From the NCBI GenBank assembly GCA_963767925.1, contig CAVYGB010000010.1, positions 1,120,001-1,184,000 of the forward strand: a stretch of DNA of 64,000 bases, given 5' to 3'. The DNA comes from an uncultured delta proteobacterium. GTDB lineage: Bacteria > Myxococcota_A > Polyangia > Fen-1088. Positions 9,374 through 18,100 of the stretch are shown here, one piece after another. Made by a program: the position numbers and the translations under genes. Position 1 is the first letter of the stretch. Each line of letters begins with the position of its first letter. Under the pieces are notes generated by a model. The model made no database searches. It was not told the DNA's origin and saw only the letters and a program-made list of their open reading frames with translations.

Positions 9374-10369
9374 ATGCAACGCCGTCGCTCGCTCAGCCTG
9401 GCTTCTGCCCTCTTCACCTTGCCGCTCCTCGTGCTGGCTTCGGCCTGTAAAAAAGAGGCTGCTCCCGCCCCCGGCGCGCAGTCTGGAGCGGCGAAAGCCG
9501 GCGATCCCTGCCAGGAGTACGCCGAGAAGGTGTGCACCCAGGCCGGGGCCGCCTCCCCCACCTGCGGCTCGTTCAAGGCGGCGGTCGAGATCATGCCTCC
9601 GGAGGCCTGCACCGCCGGCATCGCCGGGCTCGCCACGACGAAGACCAAGCTGGCCAACCTGCGCAAGCTCTGCGACGACCTGGCGGCGAAGCTGTGCAAG
9701 GACGTCGACGACACAAAGACCTGCGACATGGTGAAGCAGCAGACCACCAGCTTCCCGGTCGAACAGTGCAAGAGCATGATGTCGGACTATGCGAAGGTCC
9801 TGGAGCAGGTGAAGCGGATCGCCGCCGCCAACAAGCCCCTCCCGGCCGACCAGCAGGCCAAGATCGCGGTCGGCGACGTGCCCGCCTTCGGCCCCAAGGA
9901 CGCCAAGGTCACCATCGTCGAGTTCTCCGACTTCCAGTGTCCCTACTGCACGAAGGCCGCCGACGCGGTCAAGGAGCTCAAGAAGGCCTACGGCGAGAAG
10001 GTGCGCTTCGTGTTTCGCCAGTTCCCGCTCGACTTCCACAAGCAGGCCCACGAGGCCTCCCAGGCCGCCCTGGCCGCGCACGCCCAGGGCAAGTTCTGGC
10101 CCTACCACGACCTCCTGTTCGCCAATCAAGCGGCCCTGATGCCGGCGGATCTGGAGAAATACGCCAAGCAGACCGGCCTGAACATGGCCGCCTTCAAGAC
10201 CGCCCTGAAGGACAAGACCCACGCCAAGACCGTCGACGCCGACCTGGCCCTCGGCCAGGAGGTCGCCGTGCAGGGCACGCCTACCATGTTCCTGAACGGC
10301 GAGCGCGTCCCCAACCCGACCGACTTCAAGGCCATCGCGGCCATGATCGACAAGGAGCTGGCCAAGTAG
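9374..10369 (+). CDS. DsbA/thioredoxin-fold lipoprotein
   Basis: GGAGG RBS; lipobox LASAC; VEFSDFQCPYC; FRQFPL; VQGTPTMF. Confidence 0.92.
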   Translation: MQRRRSLSLASALFTLPLLVLASACKKEAAPAPGAQSGAAKAGDPCQEYAEKVCTQAGAASPTCGSFKAAVEIMPPEACTAGIAGLATTKTKLANLRKLCDDLAAKLCKDVDDTKTCDMVKQQTTSFPVEQCKSMMSDYAKVLEQVKRIAAANKPLPADQQAKIAVGDVPAFGPKDAKVTIVEFSDFQCPYCTKAADAVKELKKAYGEKVRFVFRQFPLDFHKQAHEASQAALAAHAQGKFWPYHDLLFANQAALMPADLEKYAKQTGLNMAAFKTALKDKTHAKTVDADLALGQEVAVQGTPTMFLNGERVPNPTDFKAIAAMIDKELAK

Positions 10370-10389
10370 GCCAGGCTCGAGCCGGCGCC

Positions 10390-11349
10390 TCAGGTGCCGG
10401 TGTCGAAGAGGACCTTCCATCGGCCGTCGGGTTGCCGGCGCCAGATGGTGACGTAGGCGCCCCGGTGGGTCTCGCTGCGGGCGCCGCTGACGTCGGGGGC
10501 GGTGAAGCGGGAGGTGCCCACGGTGTAGCCGAGGTCGCCAGCGGGAGACAGGCCCGAGGCGACCGGGGCCCACTCGATCTGGACGCCCTTGTCGAACAGG
10601 GGCGCCATCGCGGCGCGGATGCCGTCGCCGGTCTGCGCGGCTTGCAGGCGCCGGTTCCACAGCGCCCCGGCGGGATCGAAGGCCGCCACCCAGGCGGCCT
10701 GGCCGCGGGCGGCGCTGTCGGCGGCGAAGGCGCGATCGGCGGTCTCCAGATCTTCGGCCCGTCCGGGCCGACCCAGCGTCCAGCGGTAGTCCTCGGCGGG
10801 GGCGTCGCCCTCGACGCGCGCGATGAGGGCGTCGCCCTCGCGCCGGTAGTGGATCACCTTGGGAAAGTCGTGCTGGGGGTTGGCGAACGTTGCTGCATTC
10901 GCTGCATTCGCTGCATTCGCTGCGCCGGCCGCGCCGGCCGCGGTCGCGGGGAAGGCCACCTCGCGCCGCCCGTTGGGCATGGCGACGTAGCGGAGACCGC
11001 CCGCGGCCTTCTCGATCAGCAGCGCCTCGAAGAGGACGGTCTTGCCGTCACGGACCGAAAATCCCACGCCCCACAGGACACCCCCCGCCTCCGCCCAGTG
11101 CTCGACGCCCGCCGGCCGCTCCCACCGCCCCAGGAGCCACGCGAGCTCCGACCCCAGCGGCGGCGTCACCGGCCCGGTCGCCGGGACCTGGCCGGCCGCC
11201 GGCGGCTGGCCGGCGGCCGGGGCGCCCGCGCGATGGCCGCAGGCGGCCACCAGGAGGGACGTGAGGAGAGAAGTGAGAAGGAAGGGCAAGGACCGCGCCC
11301 GCGCGCGCCCCACCCGGGAGAGAACCTCGTCGCTGCGCCGCCGCTTCAC
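10390..11349 (-). CDS. Lipoprotein with DUF6265-like domain and NTF2-like (DUF4440) domain
   Basis: LVAAC lipobox; LAWLLGRW...FANPQHDFPKVIHY; GDLGYTVG...YVTIWRRQPDGRWKV; start uncertain. Confidence 0.75.
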   Translation of the reverse strand: MKRRRSDEVLSRVGRARARSLPFLLTSLLTSLLVAACGHRAGAPAAGQPPAAGQVPATGPVTPPLGSELAWLLGRWERPAGVEHWAEAGGVLWGVGFSVRDGKTVLFEALLIEKAAGGLRYVAMPNGRREVAFPATAAGAAGAANAANAANAATFANPQHDFPKVIHYRREGDALIARVEGDAPAEDYRWTLGRPGRAEDLETADRAFAADSAARGQAAWVAAFDPAGALWNRRLQAAQTGDGIRAAMAPLFDKGVQIEWAPVASGLSPAGDLGYTVGTSRFTAPDVSGARSETHRGAYVTIWRRQPDGRWKVLFDTGT

Positions 11350-11429
11350 CCGACAGGTGTTACACCGCCCGGGGGGGACTGAAAAGCCCGGCGACGTCCG
11401 CCCGGCTCGCGGCCGCAGGTTCGGCGCCG

Positions 11430-11789
11430 TCAGGGCGCGGCCAGTAGCTCGATCCGGTTGCCGAAGGGATCGAAGACGTACACGTGCTCGAGGCCGGGGT
11501 CGTCGTCTTCTTCGACGGTGATGCCCGCGGCGCGCAGCCGGGCCACCAGCGCGGCCAGGTCGCGGACCAGCAGGCCGGGATGGGCCTTGCGGGCGGGCTG
11601 GAAGTCGGCGTCCACGCCCAGGTGCAGCCGCAGCTCCCCCTGCTCGAACCAGGCTCCTCCGCGCCGGGCCCGCTCCGGCGGCTTGGGCACCTCGGGGATG
11701 CCGAGCAAGCCGGCGTAGAACGCACGCGCCTCCTCTTCCCGTCCCCGCGGCATCGCGAGCTGCACGTGATGAAGCCCGATCACGGTCAT
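11430..11789 (-). CDS. VOC/glyoxalase family protein
   Basis: LHHVQLAMP, FYAGLLG, LHLG, DPFGNRIEL. Confidence 0.9.
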   Translation of the reverse strand: MTVIGLHHVQLAMPRGREEEARAFYAGLLGIPEVPKPPERARRGGAWFEQGELRLHLGVDADFQPARKAHPGLLVRDLAALVARLRAAGITVEEDDDPGLEHVYVFDPFGNRIELLAAP

Positions 11790-11888
11790 CTTTCCTCTTG
11801 CCTCCTCGTCGTCGTGGGTCGTCGGTCGTCGCGATGGTACCAGCACGCCAGCCGTGCCCGGGCCTTCTCTGGCGAAGCCGCCGCGGCG

Positions 11889-12296
11889 TCAGTACAGCGA
11901 GACGGCCGAGCCGCGCAGGGCAGCGCCGGGATCGGCACGCGCCACGACCGGCTCGAGCTCCTGGCCCCCGGCAGAAGGAGCCCCCGCCCCGTTCAAGCAG
12001 CCGGCCAGGCAGGTTGACCACTCGGTCGAGCACAGGGCCCGGACGCGGTTCACCTCGGAATCCACCGGATCGGCGGGCGCCTTTCGCACGCAGGTGTCGT
12101 GCCGCCGGTAACAGCGATCGAAGCAGCTCCCGGGCTGCCGGGCGCCGGCGCTCGCGATGTCGGAGACCGCCGACTCCCGGCCGGGCCCGCCCGCCTGCTC
12201 GAGCTCGAGCTCGAGCGGAGGACCGCAGCCCCCCACGGCCAGGAAGGTGAGTGCCAGCACGGCCAGACGAGAAACGATGCGACGCAGGTCGAGCAT
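11889..12296 (-). CDS. Small Cys-containing hypothetical lipoprotein
   Basis: AAAGGA RBS; signal peptide ending VGGC; CxxxC repeats. Confidence 0.55.
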   Translation of the reverse strand: MLDLRRIVSRLAVLALTFLAVGGCGPPLELELEQAGGPGRESAVSDIASAGARQPGSCFDRCYRRHDTCVRKAPADPVDSEVNRVRALCSTEWSTCLAGCLNGAGAPSAGGQELEPVVARADPGAALRGSAVSLY

Positions 12297-12340
12297 GAGA
12301 GTTCCTTTCGTTCGAGCCCGCTTCCCGGGCCTCTCTGCTC

Positions 12341-12988
12341 TCACGCCGATGCCCGCACGACCGTTGGCAGAAAAAGCGTCCGCCTCCGATCGACCACCAG
12401 GCGCGGCCCCGTGCTGTCGTGAAGTACCCGTGCCGCGATCGATCGACCGCAGCCCCCTCCGGCGCTCGCGTGTCGAGGCGTTCGCCGCGCCAGCGCGGTG
12501 CGCTGGTTCGACGGGCCGGGGCCGTCGGCGCAGGCGGCGGCGCGGGCCTGGAGGAGGTCGCGGTCGCGGGGGTTGCTGGCTTGCGCGGCGGCCTGCTCCA
12601 GCTCGGCCCGGGCCTCGGCGCGCCGGCCCAGCCTCACGAGGAGATCGCCGCGCACCGCCGGGAGCAGGTGGTAGCCGCGCAGGGCTGGCTCCTCGGACAG
12701 GCCATCGACCAGCGCCAGGGCTTCGGCGGGCCCGTAGGCCATCGCCACGGCGACCGCGCGGTTCAGCTCGACGACCGGGGAGCCGGTCAGCTCGACCAGG
12801 GCATCGTACAGCGCCACCACCCGTACCCAGTCGGTCTCCTCGGCGCGCGGCGCGACCGCGTGGCAAGCGGCGATGGCCACCTGGATGCCGTAGACGCCCA
12901 GCGGCCGCTGCAGCGCCTCGGCCCGATCGAGCGCGGCGAGCCCCCGGGTGATGAGCAGGCGATCCCAGCGGCTGCGGTCCTGCTCGAG
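12341..12988 (-). pseudogene. C-terminal remnant of an ECF42-type sigma factor (DUF6596/TPR part)
   Basis: QDRSRWDRLLI...YGIQVAIAACHA...TDWVRVVALYDAL...SPVVELNRAVA; sigma2/sigma4 domains absent; begins directly after the upstream stop codon. Confidence 0.8.
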
Positions 12989-13363
12989 TCAGGGCGTGGT
13001 GGTGAGCTGGAAGACGTTGCCTTCGGGGTCGAGGGCGTCGCGGGAGCGGGGGTTGCGGGCGGGGAGGAGGGTGGCGCCGGCGCGGGTGACCTGGGCGCAG
13101 GCCGCGGCGAGATCGGCGGTGGCGAAGATGAGCTTGATGGGGGTGTCCTCGCGCGGCTGGGGGGGCGTGGTGATCGCGATGTCCCGGGCGATGTGGGGGG
13201 GGATGGCGTGGAGGGCGAAGCGGGCGGCGCCAGCGTCGAAGACGACCCAGCCCTCGCTCGACTCCCCTTCGACGACCGCGAGGCCGAGGCCGTCGCGATA
13301 GAAGGCCTTCAGGCGCTCGGTGTCCTTGGCGAACAGCATCGCCATGTTCAGGGTCAGCTTCAT
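12989..13363 (-). CDS. VOC/glyoxalase family protein
   Basis: AFYRDGLGL, FALH, DPEGNVFQL; ATGA overlap with the GNAT gene. Confidence 0.88.
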   Translation of the reverse strand: MKLTLNMAMLFAKDTERLKAFYRDGLGLAVVEGESSEGWVVFDAGAARFALHAIPPHIARDIAITTPPQPREDTPIKLIFATADLAAACAQVTRAGATLLPARNPRSRDALDPEGNVFQLTTTP

Positions 13364-14253
13364 GGCTGCTCCGGGGGCGTGAGGGTTGGTGGGGGGCGGA
13401 CCAGGATGGCGCGGGTGTAGAGGAGGTCGAAGCCGTGGCGCTGGACGTTCTGTTGCGACCGGGAGCCGGGCTGGGTGGTGACGACGGCGAGGTCGCAGCC
13501 GGCGGCGGCGGCGCGGGACAGGCGGGCGAGGAAGAGGGCGCTCTGGACGCCCTGGCGGCGGTGGGCGGGCAGGGTCGCGGCGCCGGCGAGCTGGGCGAGG
13601 CCGTCGGCGATGCGGAGGCTGGCGGCGCCCACGACCTGACCGCCCCGCCGCGCCAGGTAGCGGACGAAGCCGGGGACGGTGGCGAGGTCGCGCATGGCCT
13701 CCTCGAGGGCGGCCTGGGGAAAGCTCTCCTGACTGGCCACGCCCTGGCTGTCGGGGTGGGCGAAGCCGTCGACGGCGGTGTCGAGCCAGACCCGGTCGTC
13801 GTGCTCGCCCTCGCAGGTGACCACCTCGATCCCGGGGGCGGCGGCGCGCGCGCCGGCGGCGGATGGCAAGCGGGTGGCCAGCACGTTCTCGAAGCCGACA
13901 AGGCGGTACCCGCGCCCGCCGAGCTGCTCGGCGATGCCCGGCTCGGCGAGGGTGGAGAGCTCGACCTGCACCGGCGTGGTCCGCGCGTCGAAGGCCGCCG
14001 CGATCGCGTCCAGCTCGGCGTCGGCCGGCGGCCCGGCAAAACCCAGCCCGGCCACCTTGTTGAAGGGGGCGCCCGCCCCCGTCCAGGCCGCCACGCCCCC
14101 CGCGACGCCCAGCACGGCCGGCCCGCGGCGCCCCTCGGCCCGCGCCCGCGCCATCGCGGCTTCGCCCGCCGCCCGGATCATCCGGGCCTCGGCCAGCTCG
14201 ATGCGCGCCGCCAGCTCGACCGAGCAAAAGATCGGCTCTCGCACATCACCCAT
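13360..14253 (-). CDS. GNAT family N-acetyltransferase
   Basis: AATLPAHRRQGVQSAL acetyl-CoA motif, SQQNVQRHGF; start uncertain (14253-14286). Confidence 0.88.
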   Translation of the reverse strand: MGDVREPIFCSVELAARIELAEARMIRAAGEAAMARARAEGRRGPAVLGVAGGVAAWTGAGAPFNKVAGLGFAGPPADAELDAIAAAFDARTTPVQVELSTLAEPGIAEQLGGRGYRLVGFENVLATRLPSAAGARAAAPGIEVVTCEGEHDDRVWLDTAVDGFAHPDSQGVASQESFPQAALEEAMRDLATVPGFVRYLARRGGQVVGAASLRIADGLAQLAGAATLPAHRRQGVQSALFLARLSRAAAAGCDLAVVTTQPGSRSQQNVQRHGFDLLYTRAILVRPPPTLTPPEQP

Positions 14254-14341
14254 GCCCCTCATGATAACGCGCCCGCCGCCCCCCACGTTCCATCGTCTCC
14301 GCGGGCGGGATGCGAACGCACCGGTGCTGGCCCCGGCGGGA

Positions 14342-15115
14342 TCAGAGGGCGCGAAACTCGAAGCGAACGAAGGTGCAGAAGGGGATGGGGAGGTTGCCGG
14401 CCAGCAGGGGGCGGTAGCGCCAGGTGGCCAGGGTGGCGGCGACGTGGCTGTCGAGGGCGGGGTGCGCGGGGCGCTCGATCGAGGCCAGGGTGACCTGGCC
14501 GGTCTCGGACACGCAGACCCGCGAAAGGACGATGTAGCTCTCGCCCGAGCGGGCCAGCGCGGGCGGCAGGCGCGGCAGGTCCCCGGCGACCTTCTGGGTG
14601 GCGCCGAGCGCCTCGGGCAGGAAGCGCGGGCGCTTCGCGGGCGCCGGCGCCGCGGCGGGGGGACCGGGGTTTCCGGTCGAGGCGCCGGCGGGCGCCGGGC
14701 TGGCCGAAGCGATGGCCGGCGCGGCGGGGGCCGCTGCCTCCGCGGGCCCCTCGACCGGCGGCGCGGCGACCGGTGGCTGCGTGACCGGGGACTCGGCGGC
14801 GGGGGGCGCCAGCAGCGCCAGCTCGGGGCGAGCCGGGCGCGGGCGGCGCTTCGGGATCCGGGGCGCCGGGGCCGCGGCCACCGCGGGTGGCGCGGGCGCC
14901 GCGACCGCGGGCGCCGGGGTCGGGCGCTGGGAAAACGGCAGGCGGAGCGTGACGGGGACGAAGGTGGGCAGCGCCGCCTTCACCGCCGGCGGCAGGAAGA
15001 GGGCGGCGGCGCCGAGGACCAGAGCGGTGTGGCCGACGCCGGACGCGATGAGCGCGACAAGGCGCCCGGCCCGCGGCCGCGGTCTCGACTCATCGAGGAA
15101 CATCTCGAAGGCCAT
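14342..15115 (-). CDS. TonB-like protein (N-terminal TM with SxxxH, Pro-rich spacer, TonB-C domain)
   Basis: IASGVGHTAL TM motif; Pro/Ala linker; VCVSETGQV...LDSHVAATLATWRYRP. Confidence 0.8.
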   Translation of the reverse strand: MAFEMFLDESRPRPRAGRLVALIASGVGHTALVLGAAALFLPPAVKAALPTFVPVTLRLPFSQRPTPAPAVAAPAPPAVAAAPAPRIPKRRPRPARPELALLAPPAAESPVTQPPVAAPPVEGPAEAAAPAAPAIASASPAPAGASTGNPGPPAAAPAPAKRPRFLPEALGATQKVAGDLPRLPPALARSGESYIVLSRVCVSETGQVTLASIERPAHPALDSHVAATLATWRYRPLLAGNLPIPFCTFVRFEFRAL

Positions 15116-15118
15116 GCC

Positions 15119-18100
15119 CTACCCTCCCAGCACCGCCCAGGCAGCCAGGGCGAGGCCCAGCAGCGATTCGCCCGCGATGCCACCGGCGGCGAGCGAAGCG
15201 CCGTGGGTGTCGCTCCAGACGGGCCGGGCGCGCGCCACGGCGGCGAAGAGAAGCGCGCCCACGAGGATGGTCATCGACAGAAACGCCGGCAGCACGAAGG
15301 CCGCCCCCATCGCCGTCGCCGAGGGCAGCCAGCGCAGGCCGCGGCGCTCCAGCAGGGTCAGGAGGATCCCCGCGATCGCGGCCAGGGCCGTCACCTCCAG
15401 GATCAGGGGTCGGGCAAACGGCGCGTCGCCCTGCGCGGCCTCGGCGGTCGCCTTCCAGGCCAGGGCGGCCGGCGCCGGCATGCGCTCGGACCCGAGCGGG
15501 TAGGCCGCCCGCACCAGGGCAAACACCGGGACGACGACCGCCGCGCCGATCGCCGCCCCGACCACCTGGGCCAGGAGCTGCGCCCGCGGCCGGGCCCCCA
15601 GCCGCTGCCCGGCCTTCAGCGCCCACAGCGTCTGGGCGGTCTGGGTGGCGATGCCCGACACCAGCCCCCCCGCCGCCAGCGCCGGCACCACCCCCGCCCC
15701 TCCGACGCCGAGCTGCACCACCGACCCCACCTGCCCCACCGGCGCCTGATCCGTCTCGCCCGCCGCCCGCGCCGACGCCGCCGCCAGCAGCACCGCGATC
15801 GGCAGCAGCGCCAGCAGCACCAGCGGCGACAGCCCGAACACCACCGCCCCGATCACCCCCACCGCCAGCACCGCGGCGACGATCGCCACCGCGACGACCA
15901 CCACCCCCGCCCGGGCCCGGCTCCGTCCCGCCCCCGCAGGCGGCGCCGGACGTCTCGACCCGTCCTCGTCGCCACCCGACGCCAGCGATCCCGCAGTCGG
16001 TGACGAGGCGGCGTCCGGTGTTTCCACGCGCGCCCTTCGCAGCGCCAGCGCCAGGTCGCCGAGGGAGCGGGCGATGGCGGGGGCGGCGAGGGCCAGGGTC
16101 GTGAGGGCGCTGCCGACCAGCAAGGCCAGGCCGGGCCACAGCAGGATCGGCACCAGGGCGGCGTAGCCCGGCTCGGGGGCCAGGCCGGCGCGCAGGGCGG
16201 CGGGGGCGAACAGGCCCCAGGCCAGGGCGGCGCCGAGCACCATGCTGAACGCGATCCGGGGACCGACGAGGATCCCGGTCGCGAGCAGCAGCGGGCTGGC
16301 GGCGAGACCGACGGTCAGCGTGCCCGCCGCCAGCGCGCCGATCGCGAGGTCGGGCATCCAGGCGCCCGGGATCAGGTGCAGCGGGCCATCGCGCAGCCAG
16401 CTCAGGGCGCCCGCCACGCCCAGCGCCACCAGCAGCGAGACCAGGCGGCCGCGACCGGCCCCCTGCCCCGCCGCCACCGCCCGCACCACCTCGGCGGTCG
16501 CCTGCCCGGTGGGGAAGGGCAGCGCCTCGGACTCGATCAGCCGCGCCCGCAGCCAGGCGCCCAGGGCGATCCCCAGCCCGGCCAGCGCCAGGCCCCACAC
16601 CAGCAACGTCCCCCCCGGGACGGCGTGCCCCGCCATCACCAGCGCCGGGATCGGCGCCGACACCCCCGCCGCGAACGACATCACCGCCGCCGACGAGGCC
16701 ACGGTCTGCACGACGTTCAGCTCGCGCGCCGAGGCCGCCCGCCGCCCGATCGCCCCCAGCAGCGCCGACCCCAGCAGCGTCGCCGTGATGCTGCCGCCGT
16801 CGATGTACCCGGTCTTCAGCCCCGCGTAGGTGTTCGCCGCCGCCAGCACCACCCCGAGCCCGCCGCCCACAACCAGGGCCCGCACCGTGACCTCCGGCTC
16901 CCCCGCCGATGCAGCCCCGGCGGCATCGCCCACCCCTGCAGCGGGCGCTACCGGTGGCGCGTCCTTGTCACCCGCTGGCCGCATGGGGGCTCTCGGGGGG
17001 AGCTCGAGCTCGACGGTCCAGGCGCGGGCGAGCTGGAGGGCGCGGGCGTGGACGGGGACGTCGGAGAGGAACCGCTTGCGCAGGTCGGTGTCGGCGATGC
17101 CGTCGGCCCGCTCGCGCAGGCGCTTGCAGGCCAGGTCGATCACCGCGGTCGCCTCGGGCTGGCGCCCGGCGGCGGCCAGGCATTCGGCGTAGACCAGCCG
17201 CACGGCGGCCTCGCCCTCCTCGATCGAGCCCAGCGTGTCCAGCTCCTGGTTGGCCTTCTGGGCGATGGCGAGCGCGTCCTGGGTGCGCGACAGGGCCAGC
17301 GCCGCGGCGGCGCGCACCGCCAGGGCCTGCACCCGGGCGGCGGGCGAGCTCTTCAGCACCTCGATGGCCTCGTTGGCCAGGGCCTCGGCGTCGGTCGGCG
17401 AGCCGGCCAGCAGCCGGATCTCCGCCAGGTAGGTCCGGGCCAGGCCCTCCAGGCGCGGCTCGCCCTGGCGGGCGAAGCTGTCGATGGCCTGCCGCTCGAG
17501 CATCTCGCCCGCGGTCAGGTCGCCGCGGATGGCGAGCACCCGCCCCAGGTTGTGCTGCACCACCGCCTCCAGCTCGGCCAGCCCCATGCGCTGGGCGTCG
17601 GCCAGCGCGTCCCGCAGCACCGACTCGGCCCGCTCCCAGACCCCCAGCTCGGCCACCACGAAGCCGATGTTCGAGCGCACCGTCGAGACGTTGCGCACGT
17701 CGCCGGCCATGTCGAACGCCGCCAGGGCCGCCTCCAGCGAGGTCAGGCAGGCCGCCTGGTCCCCCAGCACCGAGGCCCGGGCCGCCTGCGCCTGGTGCAG
17801 CAGGGCCAGCGCCTGGGCGTCCGGATCGTCGAGCCCCTTCACGATCTCACCCATGCGCACGAGCATCAGGTCGGCCTCCCGGCGCCGGTCGGCCACCAGC
17901 AGGAAGGTCGCCGCCCAGGCCATGCAGATCACCTGGGCGCTGCCCGCGTCGGCATCACACTCGGTGTTGAGCGCGTCCCGGGCCAGCACCGCCAGCTCCT
18001 CCGCCTTGCCCTGCTTGGCCACCCCCACCACCGTCTGGGCCAGCCCCCGGAACCACAGCGCCGACCCGGGCCGCAGCGCCCCGGTGGCCTCGGTGCCGCG

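Noticed and set aside
10891..10923. 9-bp tandem repeat encoding AANAANAANAA
   Set aside because: Small in-frame slippage expansion in a probable loop; no sign of further function
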